Part shown: positions 1 to 10,083 of the stretch, in pieces
Numbering within the stretch: position 1 is the first letter of the stretch
Layout: each line of letters opens with the position of its first letter
Assembly (NCBI GenBank): GCA_963737655.1
Contig: CAVTTN010000002.1
Location: forward strand, 2,464,001 to 2,528,000
Source: an uncultured Planctomycetota bacterium
Lineage (GTDB): Bacteria; Planctomycetota; Planctomycetia; Isosphaerales; Isosphaeraceae
Direction: 5' to 3'
Length of the DNA: 64,000 nt
Position numbers and translations under genes: made by a program
Notes under the pieces: model-generated
Databases searched by the model: none
Seen by the model: only the letters and a program-made list of their open reading frames with translations
Told to the model about the DNA's origin: nothing

Positions 1-316
1 TCAGCCCCTCGGGCATGTCCTTGTCCTTCGTGGCGACCTGGATCGACTTGAGGACATCGGCCAGCGGGGTCTCGTTGGCGAACTTCATCGGCACCTTCTG
101 CTGGAGCTTGATCCAGACCTTCGCCGCCTCCGCCGTGACCGGAGACTGGAAATACAGCCGGGGCGCGGGCGACGGGGCCACTTCCTGGCCTCCCCCCCCG
201 AACGCGCCCGGGGGCGGCGCCGCCACCAGGGACGGCCGGACCCAGGCCAGGGCCGACACCCCCGCCACCGCCGCGGTCGCCAGGACCACCGAAAGGCGCA
301 GCTTCAAACGCTTCAT
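1..316 (-). CDS. Secreted hypothetical protein, 3' end runs off the window
   Basis: Not in the ORF track. Read by hand from ATG at 316: MKRLKLRLSVVLATAAVAGVSALAW (signal-like) ... KLQQKVPMKFANETPLADVLKSIQVATK, open to position 1. Confidence 0.7.
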   Translation of the reverse strand, partial: MKRLKLRLSVVLATAAVAGVSALAWVRPSLVAAPPPGAFGGGGQEVAPSPAPRLYFQSPVTAEAAKVWIKLQQKVPMKFANETPLADVLKSIQVATKDKDMPEGL

Positions 317-473
317 CGGATCGTTCCTCCATCGCGAGAGACGGGTCGGGACCGGATTCCGTCGGGACGTGAGACGAGGCCGAAATGTGGAGGGGCGCCG
401 AAAAGCTTAATGGATCGCCAGCCGCCCCGCCAGCATCTCCCGCCGCGATTTGCAGTCGCGGGAGGGCCCGATC

Positions 474-1455
474 GTGACCCTTGAGCCGATCACCGTCGCC
501 GTCCCGACCTTCAACGGCACCCGCCACCTCCCGGAGGCCCTGCGGAGCATCCTCGCGCAGGACGACGGCGATTTCGATCTGGTGATCCACGACGACCGCT
601 CCGACGACGGCACCCCCGATCTCGCCCGAGAGGTCGCCGGGGACCGCGCGGGTCGAGGTGAACCCCGAGAGGCTCGGGCTGGCCGGGAACTGGAATCGCT
701 GCATCGAGGGCGCGAGAACGCCGCTCGTGGCGGTCTTCCATCAGGACGACGTGATGCATCCCGGCTTCCTCGCCCGCCACCGCCGGGCCTTCGCCGCCCC
801 CGAGAGGCCCGGGATGGTCGCCTCGGCCGCCCTGGTGATCGACTCGGACGGCCGCGACGTGCCCGAAACCATCGTCGGGAGGGGCGGGCTCGGCCCGGCC
901 GACCGGATGTACGCGGCCGGGGAGGTCGTCCGCGACCTGGCGACTTCGAATCCTTTCCGCTGTTCGGGCGTAAGCTTGCGTAAAGACGCCGCGCTGTCCG
1001 CGGGATTGTTCGATTTTACGTTCCGTTACGTCGTCGATTGGGACTTCTGGCTGCGGATGGGCCGGTCGTGGCCCGTGGCGTGGCTCGCCGAGCCGTCGGT
1101 GAGCATCCGCTGGCACCCGGCGAGCGAGACCCATCGGTTTCGAGGCGGGACGGCCGACCTGGACGAGACGACGAGGCTCCTCGACCGGATTTTCTCCCAA
1201 GAGGCCGCCGACTGGCCCGACCGCCGGGTGCTCCGCAAGAAGGCCGACCGTCGCCTGGCTCGGGCGTACCTGAACCGGGCCCACGACGCGGCCCGGGGGC
1301 ACGACCCGGCCCTGGTCCGCCTCTGCCTGGGCCGGGCCCTTGGGCTGAGCCCCGGGATCGCCGGCCGGATCGCCTCCGACCCCCGGCTCGCGGCGAGGCT
1401 GGCGTGGGGCCTCGTCGCCCCGAATCGGCTTGACCGATCCGGCGGGGGCCCGTAA
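474..1455 (+). CDS. Family 2 glycosyltransferase, frameshifted near 650
   Basis: VAVPTFNG...DDRSDDGT lies in the 450..983 frame and continues as LGLAGNWNRC...FHQDD...DWDFWLR in the 658..1455 frame. GGAGG precedes GTG 474. Confidence 0.85.
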
Positions 1456-1499
1456 GGTACGCGACGCTCGAACAGGCAGGCCCCTGAGGGACGGAGCCC

Positions 1500-2450
1500 G
1501 TGGGGATCGTCGATCGGTCATGCATCCTGGTGCTCAACTACAACGGCCTCGCCTTGCTGGAGGCGTGCCTGCCGTCGGTGGTCGCGGCGGCCGAGGCGTC
1601 CCCGCGGCCCTGCGCCGTCGCGGTCGTCGATAACGGCTCGACCGACGGCTCCCTCGAATTCCTCTCGGCACGATGGCCGGGCGTCGAGGTCATCCGCGAG
1701 CCGAACCGAGGGCTCGTCTCCTTCAATCACGTGCTCGCCCGACGCGATGAGCCGGTGGCCTTGCTCCTCAACAATGACGTGACCCTCGATCCCGGCGCGG
1801 TCCCTCCATTAATCGAGGCGATCGCGAGGAACGAGGATGCCCTGTTCGCCGCGCCGAAGTGCTGGGGCCGGGACGAAGCGCAGTACGAGGGGATGCGCAC
1901 CCGGGTCCGCTCGCGGTTCGGGCTGGTCCAGGGGATGAGCCGGGTCCCCGGGCATGAATCCCGGATCGATCAACCCGACCTGACGGCCGCCGCCGGGCCG
2001 GTTCTGGCCGTCGATCGGCGGAAGTTCCTCGACCTGGGCGGCTACGATCCCATGTACTTCCCCGGACGGATCGAGGACCTCGACCTGGGCTTCCGCGGCT
2101 GGATGGCCGGCTATCGCGGGTATTACGTCCCGGAGTCGGTCGCGCACCACGTCGGGTTCGGGTCGTTCGGCCCGGCGTTCGGGAAGGCGGGGTGCGACCT
2201 CCTGGCGGCGAGGAACACCCTGCTGTTCTCGTGGAAGAACCTGGCGGGCCGACGGCTTCTCTCGCATCTCGCCTGGCTGCCGCTCAGGCTCGCGCACTCG
2301 GCGGCGATCGGCCGAGGGGTGTTCCTCAAGGCGTTCGCCGGGGCGATGGCGAGGGTTGGCTCGGCCCTGTCAGGCCGGCGCTCGCAGGCCGTGGGCCGAG
2401 GCGGCTGGACGGCCCGGCAGGAAGCGTTCTTCCGCCGATTCAGTTGGTGA
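1500..2450 (+). CDS. Family 2 glycosyltransferase
   Basis: ILVLNYNG, VVDNGSTDGS, LLNND and EDLDLGFR motifs. Confidence 0.9.
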   Translation: MGIVDRSCILVLNYNGLALLEACLPSVVAAAEASPRPCAVAVVDNGSTDGSLEFLSARWPGVEVIREPNRGLVSFNHVLARRDEPVALLLNNDVTLDPGAVPPLIEAIARNEDALFAAPKCWGRDEAQYEGMRTRVRSRFGLVQGMSRVPGHESRIDQPDLTAAAGPVLAVDRRKFLDLGGYDPMYFPGRIEDLDLGFRGWMAGYRGYYVPESVAHHVGFGSFGPAFGKAGCDLLAARNTLLFSWKNLAGRRLLSHLAWLPLRLAHSAAIGRGVFLKAFAGAMARVGSALSGRRSQAVGRGGWTARQEAFFRRFSW

Positions 2451-3526
2451 TGGTGCGATCCTCGTCCCCCGGCGCACGGAGGCGCCCGATGCCGATGCCC
2501 GGCCCGTCGTCGCCGACCGTCGTGATCGATGCCCGCCCTCGGGGGCCTCGCGGCCCGATGGCCGGCGAGCGCGTCCTCGGTCGTCCGGTCCTGGCCCATC
2601 TGGTCGAGCTCGCCCGGGAGGTCGGCCCGGGGCCGGTCGCGGTCCATGCGAGGCTGGACGAGCACGAGGGGTTCCTCTCGCTCCTGGCCGACCCGTCGAG
2701 CGTGGCCCTGGCCACCGGGCCTCCTCCGGAAGACGCCGCGATCCTGAGGACCGACCGGCTGTACGACGCCCGGCGGTTGCGACGGGCCGTCAAGAGGGGT
2801 CGCGACCCCGAAACGGCCGTGGCCTGGAGGCTCGATCGCCCCTCGGGCCTCGCCTCGGCCGACGCCGAACTCGTCCGCAGGCGGACCTATCAGCCGATCG
2901 GCCGGTTCTGGGCCCTGGGACCGGCCCGGGCCCTGGCGAGAACGCTCGTCCCGACCCGAATCCGGCCCAACGCGGTGACGTTGGCCGCCGGTTCGCTGAT
3001 GATCGGGGCCTCGGCGGCCGTCGCCTTCGGGCCCTTGACGATCGGATGTCGGCTCGCCACCGCCGCGATGCTCGCCCTGGCCCTCGTCCTGGACACGGCC
3101 GACGGCCACCTGGCGAGGCTCCAGGGCACCGCCTCTTCGTTCGGCCGCCTGTTGGATGCCGTGCTCGACGAGGCGGCGGATTTCGCCCTTCATATCGCCG
3201 TGGCGTGGGCGATGTTCGCGAGGGGGGGCGGCCCGGGATGGCTCCTCGCGGCGCTCCTGTATGTTTCGAGCAAATACCTGTTCGTGATCGCCCAGGCGAC
3301 GGCCTCCGACCCTTCCGAAGCGTCGAGGGCGAAGCCGTCCGGGGCCGTTCGGGCGTCGCCTCTCGCCGCCGTCGTCCGCCTGGCCGGTCATGCGGACGTC
3401 CGCTGGCACCTGTGGATCGTCCTGGCCGCGATCGGGCGGCTGGACCTCGCATTGATCGCGTATTCGGCCTATTTCCCGGCCAGGACGCTGGCGCTCATGG
3501 CCCGGAGGGGGCTTCGTCATGACTGA
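2450..3526 (+). CDS. CDP-alcohol phosphatidyltransferase family protein with extra N-terminal domain
   Basis: Signature DTADGHLARLQGTASSFGRLLDAVLD, PNAVT and TM helices. Start is 2450 (overlaps the upstream TGA) or about 2489. Confidence 0.85.
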   Translation: MVRSSSPGARRRPMPMPGPSSPTVVIDARPRGPRGPMAGERVLGRPVLAHLVELAREVGPGPVAVHARLDEHEGFLSLLADPSSVALATGPPPEDAAILRTDRLYDARRLRRAVKRGRDPETAVAWRLDRPSGLASADAELVRRRTYQPIGRFWALGPARALARTLVPTRIRPNAVTLAAGSLMIGASAAVAFGPLTIGCRLATAAMLALALVLDTADGHLARLQGTASSFGRLLDAVLDEAADFALHIAVAWAMFARGGGPGWLLAALLYVSSKYLFVIAQATASDPSEASRAKPSGAVRASPLAAVVRLAGHADVRWHLWIVLAAIGRLDLALIAYSAYFPARTLALMARRGLRHD

Positions 3527-4277
3527 GCCCCGCCTTTCCGCGCTGGTGCTGGCCCGCGACGAGGCCGAGAACCTCCCCGGTTGCCTCGCCGCGCTGGACT
3601 GGGCCGACGAACGGGTCGTCGTGGTCGATCCGGCGAGCCGGGACCGGAGCGAGGCCATCGCCCGGAGGCTGGCCGACCTCGTGGTCGTCCGGCCGTTCGA
3701 CGATTTCGCCGGTCAGCGCAACGCCGGCCTCGACGCCGCCACCGGCGACTGGATCCTTGCCGTCGATGCCGACGAACGGCCCGCCCCGGGGCTCCCCGAG
3801 GCCGTCCGCCGGGCGATCGGCTCGGGCGATCACCCGGGATATCGCGTGCCGATCCGGAGCGTGGTCCTCGGCCGGGCGTTCCGGTTCTCGGGGACGCAGC
3901 ATGACCTGCCGTTGCGCCTGTTCCGCCGCGACTCGGGCCGGTGGGTCGGCGAGGTCCACGAGACGGTGGACCTCCACGGAACGGCCGGCACCCTGAGCGA
4001 GCCCCTCCGGCATCGCACGATCCCCGACATGAAGACGTTCCTGGCCAAGATCGATCGATACACGACCCTGGAAGCACGGCGGTTCGTCCGGGAGGGGAAG
4101 ACCCCGAGGCCGACCGACCTGGCGATCCGCCCGGCCTGGACGTTCCTGAAGCTCTACCTGGGAAAGCAAGGGTTCCGCGACGGCCCCGAGGGGCTGATGT
4201 TCTGCGCCCTGTCGGGGGTCTCCGTGGCGGTCCGGCACTGGAAGCACCGCGAGATGCTCCGAGAGGGGGCGGCATGA
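3519..4277 (+). CDS. Family 2 glycosyltransferase (WaaE/KdtX-like)
   Basis: LVLARDEA, FAGQRN, DADER, VHE and GFRDG motifs. Confidence 0.9.
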   Translation: MTEPRLSALVLARDEAENLPGCLAALDWADERVVVVDPASRDRSEAIARRLADLVVVRPFDDFAGQRNAGLDAATGDWILAVDADERPAPGLPEAVRRAIGSGDHPGYRVPIRSVVLGRAFRFSGTQHDLPLRLFRRDSGRWVGEVHETVDLHGTAGTLSEPLRHRTIPDMKTFLAKIDRYTTLEARRFVREGKTPRPTDLAIRPAWTFLKLYLGKQGFRDGPEGLMFCALSGVSVAVRHWKHREMLREGAA

Positions 4278-4981
4278 TCGCTCTCCACGAAGGGCACGTC
4301 GCCGGGCGGTTCGATGCCCTGGAAGGGCGGTTCAAGTCGTCAGTGGCGGCCGAGGATTTCCGCCTCTCCGCGATCGTGAAGACCCTGGGGCCGCTCGCCG
4401 GCCGGACGGTCCTGGACGTCGGCGCGGGCAAGGGCCGGTTCGCGCGCCGCCTGGTCGATCTGGGTGCGAAGGTGGTGGGCCTGGACCTGTCGAGCGGGAT
4501 GCTGGCGGGCGCCGGCGGGCTGGATCGCGTGCGAGGCTCGGCCTGTCGCCTGCCCTTCGCCCCCGGGACGTTCGACGCCGCGATCGCCGTCGAGGTCTTC
4601 GAGCATCTCTCGCCGATCGGCGTCGATCGCGCGATCGCCGAGGCCCGCCGCGTCCTCCGACCCGGGGGGACGCTCGCCGTGATCGACAAGAACGTCAGGG
4701 CGCTGGACTCGGCCCGCCCGTGGCTGCCGAAGGTGGTCGTCAAGAGGATCGACGAGGCGAGGGGACGGTGGATGTACTCGCGAGGCGGGCCGGTCCGCGA
4801 GCGGTGGTTCACCCCGGGAGGGCTGGCCCGGCGGCTGTCCCGGGACTTCGATCGCGTGACCGTCGAAGGTCTCCTCTCGCCCGACGAGGCGAGGCGGGCG
4901 GTGTTCCGAAACGTGCCCCGATTCCGGCTGATGACCCTCTGGACGGCCCGCGTCCCGGGCGGAAGGGGGGATCATGCTTAG
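4274..4981 (+). CDS. Class I SAM-dependent methyltransferase
   Basis: VLDVGAGKG, LPFAPGTFD and RVLRPGG motifs. ATGA overlap with the upstream stop. Confidence 0.9.
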   Translation: MIALHEGHVAGRFDALEGRFKSSVAAEDFRLSAIVKTLGPLAGRTVLDVGAGKGRFARRLVDLGAKVVGLDLSSGMLAGAGGLDRVRGSACRLPFAPGTFDAAIAVEVFEHLSPIGVDRAIAEARRVLRPGGTLAVIDKNVRALDSARPWLPKVVVKRIDEARGRWMYSRGGPVRERWFTPGGLARRLSRDFDRVTVEGLLSPDEARRAVFRNVPRFRLMTLWTARVPGGRGDHA

Positions 4982-6466
4982 GACGCCCCCGCTCGACCTC
5001 CCCGCCCTGCCCTTGCTCCTGTGGTCGGCCCCCGCGGGATTGGAGATGATCCTGGAGCAGGAGGGCGTGCCGTTCCTCCGGGTGGACGACCCCCACCCCC
5101 TGGCCTTCCGGGCCGGTCGGTTCGTCCTGTTCGACGGCCGGAAGGTGGCCCCGAAGACGGTTCGGGAGACGCTCTCGGCCGATCACGTGGCGATGGACGT
5201 GGACGTCCTCCGTCGCGAGGCCGGCCGAGACCCGTTCGCCGACCTCCTGGACGACCGCGCGGGCCGCACCTCCTGGACCCTCGACGGCATCGAGGTGTCG
5301 GAGAGGGTCGCCAGGGTCGATCGAGCCGCGATCCGGTCGCGAATCCTGGCGAGGATTCGGACCGCGATGACCCGAGCCGGGGGCGTCTGGGCGAGGCTCG
5401 GCGCGTACCCTCACCCCTACCGATCGGCGTTCCACTTCCGGGCCGACCTGGACGAGCCGTATCCCGAGGATTACGCCCGGTTCGCCTCCGCGAGGCGCCC
5501 CTGGACGATTGCTCGACGGCGTTCGTCAGCACGGCCGCCTATGGCGACCTGCCCGCCGTCCTCGCGGACGTCCGCCGGATCGACGCGCAGTCTCATGGAC
5601 ATCATCACGTCGTCTATCGGCGAGACGAGGACAATCGGCGGAACATCGAACGCGCCGGCGAGATCCTCGCCTCGGCCGGGATCGAGCCGGTCGGGTTCGC
5701 GGCGCCGGAGGGGCGATGGTCGCCCGGCCTGGATCGCGTCCTGGAACGCCTCGGATATGAATACGCCTCGGATTTCGGCATCGGCTGGGACGACCGGCCG
5801 TTCTTCCCCTGGCGAGACGGGCGGTTCTCGAAGGTCTTGCAGGTGCCCGTGCATCCGATCTGCGAGGGGCTGTTCCTCGACGCCGGGGCCTCCGAGCCGG
5901 CGCGTCGGGTGGCCGATCACCTGATCGCCACGGTCCTCCGCAAGGTCGCCGCGGGCGAGCCGGCGTTCGTCTACGGCCATCCGGAGCGAAGGCTCGGGCG
6001 GTTCCCCGAGGTCGTCTCGCGACTGGCCGAGGCGGTGGCGGGGCTGAGTCTCACGTGGCGGGTCTCGCTCTCGGAGTTCGCCCGGTGGTGGCGGTGGCGG
6101 TCGAAGCGGCGATGGTCGCTCGCCCCGAGGGCCGACGGCGGGTTCTCCGTCCAGTTCGAGGACTGGGACTCGCGGTATCCGCTGTCGATGGAGATCGCCC
6201 GGGGCGAGCACGTGGCGACTCTGGCGGTGAACGGCCCGTCGCAGAAACTCCGGCTCGATGCGCTCGCGTATGAGCGTCGAGAGGTCCGGCGAGACGCCCC
6301 CGAGGCTCGTCCCATCCGGCCCGGCCCCAGCCTCCGCCGGGCGATCCGCTCCGCCCTCGACTGGGAGACGGTCACCCCCCTGGACGACCTGCCCGACGCC
6401 ACGTTCCGCGACCGCCTGAAGAAGCGCCTGAGGCGAATCCGGGCGGCGGAGGGGGGATCGCGATGA
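4974..6466 (+). CDS. Polysaccharide deacetylase-like protein, frameshifted near 5498
   Basis: YRSAFHFRADLDE in the 4974 frame; QSHGHHH, GFAAPEG and YGHPE in the 5021..6466 frame. The switch falls in a C run. Confidence 0.8.
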
Positions 6467-7680
6467 CACGGGCTTCGACGAACGTGGTGACGAGTCGAGG
6501 TCGGGTGGCATGCTTACGTCTTCGTAAGCATGGCTTCGGTCACGCACCAACCGAAGACATGCCCACGAAGACGTGGGCATGCCACCCGGCCAGGGAAGAC
6601 GACTGGCTCGCCTCTCGGATCGAAGGTCCGATGCCCGAGGGGGCCGTCCTGGTCCATTCGCCGAGCTTCGCCCATCAGGCGCCGGGCGGCGGCGAGGTCC
6701 AGATGCTCCGCACCGCCCGGGGCCTCGAATCGTGGGGCGTCCGCGTCCGGCCGTTCGTCCCGTGGGTCGATCGGATCGAGAACGCGAGGCTCCTGCACCT
6801 GTTCGGGATGTCGCCCGAGGGGCTCGCGCTGGCCCGGGTGGCGAGGTCTCGGGGCGTCCCGGTGGTCCTGTCCTCGATTTGCTGGTACGACCCGCGATCG
6901 CTCGCAAGGCTGGCCCCGACCCACCTCCGCGCCTCGTTCGACGTCGCTAAATGGGCGGCGAGGCGGGCCGTCCCGACGCTCCCGGGCTGGCGTCGTGAGC
7001 TGCTCCTCTTGAGCGATGCGATCCTGCCGAACTCGATTGCCGAAGGGCGGCAGCTCGTCCGCCTGTTCGGGGCCGATCCGGCGAGGATTCGCGTCGTGCC
7101 CAACGGCGTCGATCCCGAAATCGCCGCGATCGGCCCGGCCCCGTTCCGCGAGGCGTTCCCCGACCTCGGCGAATTCGTCCTGTATGCCGGCCGGATCGAG
7201 CCGCGAAAGGGCGTCCTGGGGCTGGTTCGGGGTGCGAAGAGGGCGGGGTTGCCCCTGGTGGTCGTCGGCGAGACGGTCCCCGGTCACGAAGCGTATGCCA
7301 GCCTCTGCCGAGGCGAGGCCGGCCCCTCGGCGAGATGGCTCGGCCGGCTCGTCCCCGACGATCCCCGGCTCGCCTCGGCGTTCTCGGCGGCCCGCGTGTT
7401 CGCCCTGCCGAGCTTCTTCGAGACGCCGGGGCTGGCGGCTCTGGAGGCGGCCCTGGCCGGGTCGGCGGTCGTGATCACCCCGTTCGGCTCGACCCGCGAA
7501 TACTTCGGCGACCTCGTCGATTACGCCCGGCCCGATCGCCCGAGGGAGATCGCCCGATCGTTGAAAACGGCCTGGAACGAAGGCCGTCGCGCCGGCCTGG
7601 CCGAGACGATCCGGCGGCGGTTCCTGTGGTCCCATGCGGCCGAGGCCACGGTGGAGGCGTATGACACGGTCGCCGGCTGA
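6463..7680 (+). CDS. Family 4 glycosyltransferase; N-terminus includes an in-frame palindrome if the 6463 start is used
   Basis: GGGEVQ, VPNGVD, GRIEPRKG and ETPGLAALEA motifs. ATGA coupling and GGAGG at 6463; alternative ATG at 6631. Confidence 0.9.
   Translation: MTRASTNVVTSRGRVACLRLRKHGFGHAPTEDMPTKTWACHPAREDDWLASRIEGPMPEGAVLVHSPSFAHQAPGGGEVQMLRTARGLESWGVRVRPFVPWVDRIENARLLHLFGMSPEGLALARVARSRGVPVVLSSICWYDPRSLARLAPTHLRASFDVAKWAARRAVPTLPGWRRELLLLSDAILPNSIAEGRQLVRLFGADPARIRVVPNGVDPEIAAIGPAPFREAFPDLGEFVLYAGRIEPRKGVLGLVRGAKRAGLPLVVVGETVPGHEAYASLCRGEAGPSARWLGRLVPDDPRLASAFSAARVFALPSFFETPGLAALEAALAGSAVVITPFGSTREYFGDLVDYARPDRPREIARSLKTAWNEGRRAGLAETIRRRFLWSHAAEATVEAYDTVAG
6503..6587. repeat. REP family B doublet (GGGTGGCATGC...GCATGCCACCC), 85 bp
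   Basis: Inverted arms, each with an internal hairpin. The family recurs at 9019, 22069, 36558, 37068 and 50996. Confidence 0.9.
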
Positions 7681-9004
7681 ACCCAGGCCCGTCCCGGTCC
7701 GCCGCTACCGCTACAGCAAGCTGCGGTGGCGGGTGCTGGTCCACGCCCTCGACGCCGTGGGCCTCGTGGCGATGGCCCTCTGGCGGAAGCGCCGGCCGAA
7801 GCCCGTCGTGAGCGACCCCCGGCGCATCCTGGTCGTCCAGCTCGACCACCTGGGAGACGCCGTCCTGACCAGCCCGATCCTGCCGAGGCTCCGGGCCGCG
7901 TACCCCGAGGCAAGGCTCGACGTCCTGGCCTCGCCCAGCAACCGCGCCGTGTTCGAGGCCGACCCGAACGTCGATCGCGTCCTCCTGGCCGAGCGGAACT
8001 GGTTCGAGAGACGGCCGCCGATGAGGGCCCTGGGCTCGGCCGTCGTCGCCCTCGGGCGATCGCTGCGAAAAGAGCGGTATGACCTGGGGATCGACGTCCG
8101 GGGCGACGTGCTGACCGTGTTCGTCCTGGCCCTGGCGGGCATCCCTCGACGCCTGGGCTGGGCGATGGGCGGAGGCGGGTTCCTCCTGACCGATCAAGGG
8201 CGGTGGGAGCCGGGGCGGCACGAGGTCCAGTCGCGGATGGCCCTGCTGGACGCCCTCGGACTGGCCGACGACGAGCCGCCGAGGGTCGCCGTCGGGACCA
8301 CGGACGCCGACCGCGCCCGGGTCGGCGCGATGCTCCGCAAGGAATGGCCCGTGCGATCCCGGGGGCGACGCAAGGTCTCGGTCCGCTCGGCGGCAAGGGT
8401 CGCGACCGCGACCGCGACGGAACGACCCGAGGCGCGCCCGGTCCGCGACGACCCGGAGCGGCTCCACGCCGGCCGGTTCGGCGAGGAGGCGCCCCTCCTG
8501 GCCGTCCACCTCGGGGCCGGGACCGCGGCGAAACGGTGGCCCGCCCGGCACTGGGACGACCTCCTCGGCCGGTTCCTCGACGACGGCTGGCGGGTGGTGG
8601 CCGTCGGCGGCCCGGACGACTCGGAAATCGCCGCGGGCTTGACCCCTCGGCCCGGGTTCCGCGACTGGTCGGGCCGCCTGGAGGTGACCGAGACGGCCGC
8701 CTTGCTGGAGCGGGCCGACCTGTTCGTCGGCGCCGATTCCGGCCCGGCCCACCTGGCGGCGTGCTCGGGCGTGCCCTCGGTGATCCTCTTCAGCGGGACG
8801 AACCGCGCGAGGCAATGGCGGCCGTGGTCGCGCCGGGCGCTGGTCCTGAAGCACGACGTCCCCTGCCGCCCATGCCATCACAAGACGTGCCCGCTGGCCG
8901 ATCACCCGTGCATGACCGGCCTCTCGCCCGAGAGGGTCCATCGCGCCGCCCGCCGATGGTGGGCAAGGCTCCACCGCGAGGAAGCCCCCCATGCGCCGAT
9001 CTGA
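7661..9004 (+). CDS. Family 9 glycosyltransferase (heptosyltransferase-like)
   Basis: DHLGDAVL, HLGAGTAAKRWP, DSGPAHLAA and CRPC...CP...CM motifs. Confidence 0.9.
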   Translation: MTRSPAEPRPVPVRRYRYSKLRWRVLVHALDAVGLVAMALWRKRRPKPVVSDPRRILVVQLDHLGDAVLTSPILPRLRAAYPEARLDVLASPSNRAVFEADPNVDRVLLAERNWFERRPPMRALGSAVVALGRSLRKERYDLGIDVRGDVLTVFVLALAGIPRRLGWAMGGGGFLLTDQGRWEPGRHEVQSRMALLDALGLADDEPPRVAVGTTDADRARVGAMLRKEWPVRSRGRRKVSVRSAARVATATATERPEARPVRDDPERLHAGRFGEEAPLLAVHLGAGTAAKRWPARHWDDLLGRFLDDGWRVVAVGGPDDSEIAAGLTPRPGFRDWSGRLEVTETAALLERADLFVGADSGPAHLAACSGVPSVILFSGTNRARQWRPWSRRALVLKHDVPCRPCHHKTCPLADHPCMTGLSPERVHRAARRWWARLHREEAPHAPI

Positions 9005-9401
9005 TTCGGACCCATCCCGGGTGGCATGCTTACGAAGATGTAAGCATGGATTCGGTATAAGTGCACATGACCGGGTGGCATGCTTACTTCGTAGGGCAGG
9101 CCTTGGCCTGCCGAGTCAGGGCCAGGGACGGCAGGCCAAGGCCTGCCCTACAAAACGGGATCGGACGAACCACGACCGGGTGGCATGCTTACGTCTTCGT
9201 AAGCACGTCCTGGATTCAAGCTCACGCCGAAGCCATGCTTACGAAGACGTAAGCATGCCACCCGGGAAACGTCGGCTCGACCCGGCCGGCTGGCTGGCCC
9301 TGACGTGGGCCGTGATCTTCGGCCTCCTCTACGTCGAGATGGTCGTGCGGCTCCGGGCACCGGGTCTCCTCGCGGCGATCCGGCGAATCTTCGGCGGCTG
9401 A
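8991..9401 (+). CDS. Small membrane protein, about 60% encoded by in-frame REP palindromes
   Basis: GAGGA RBS and overlap with the GT9 end. C-terminal TM segment GWLALTWAVIFGLLYVEMVV. Confidence 0.55.
   Translation: MRRSDSDPSRVACLRRCKHGFGISAHDRVACLLRRAGLGLPSQGQGRQAKACPTKRDRTNHDRVACLRLRKHVLDSSSRRSHAYEDVSMPPGKRRLDPAGWLALTWAVIFGLLYVEMVVRLRAPGLLAAIRRIFGG
9016..9266. repeat. Nested REP cluster (family B arms plus a family C doublet GTAGGGCAGGCCTTGGCCTGCC)
   Basis: B arms at 9019, 9073 (interrupted) and 9178-9263; C doublet about 9091-9151. Confidence 0.9.
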
Positions 9402-9497
9402 GGGGTGACTCGCGCGGTCCGTTGCGGTCTATTGGGCGGATGCGCCGGAGTTCGACCCCTCCGCCGCCCCTCGGACCGAGACCAGGAGCCTCCGCGA

Positions 9498-10079
9498 ATG
9501 ACCGCTTTGCTCGCCTGCGTCGCCGCCCTGGCGATCGGGGCCGACGACCGGCCCAACAACACCCCGCCCCCCGGTTTCACCGCCCTGTTCAACGGCAAGG
9601 ACCTCTCCGGCTGGAAGGACGACGGCAAGGGCCACTGGACCGTCACCAAGGAAGGCGTCCTCCACTACGACGGCAAGGGGGACAGCCTGGTCACCGCGAA
9701 GGACTACGGCGACTTCGAGATGTTCGTCGATTGGAAGATCGGCCCGAAGGGGGACTCCGGCATCTATCTCCGAGGCAAGCCCCAGGTCCAGATCTGGGAC
9801 GACCCGGTCGGCTCCGGCGGCCTCTACAATAACAAGCAAGGCCCGAGCAAGCCCCTGGTCGTCGCCGACAAGCCCGTCGGCGAGTGGAACACGTTCCACA
9901 TCGTCATGAAAGGGGACAAGGTCACCGTCGACCTCAACGGCAAGCGCGTGGTGGACGACGTCCCCCTGGAGAACTGGCCCGACTACAAGGACCCCCTGCC
10001 CTCGTCCGGGACGATCGAGCTCCAGCACCACGGCAACCCCCTCGAATTTCGAAATATTTACATCAAAACGCCAAATTGA
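9498..10079 (+). CDS. DUF1080 / 3-keto-disaccharide hydrolase family secreted protein
   Basis: LFNGKDLSGW, GDSGIYLR, GEWN and LQHHG...FRNIYIK motifs. AGGAG RBS. Confidence 0.9.
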   Translation: MTALLACVAALAIGADDRPNNTPPPGFTALFNGKDLSGWKDDGKGHWTVTKEGVLHYDGKGDSLVTAKDYGDFEMFVDWKIGPKGDSGIYLRGKPQVQIWDDPVGSGGLYNNKQGPSKPLVVADKPVGEWNTFHIVMKGDKVTVDLNGKRVVDDVPLENWPDYKDPLPSSGTIELQHHGNPLEFRNIYIKTPN

Positions 10080-10083
10080 TTTC

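Noticed and set aside
15..410. 131-aa plus-strand ORF
   Set aside because: The minus-strand frame from 316 gives a more credible secreted protein.
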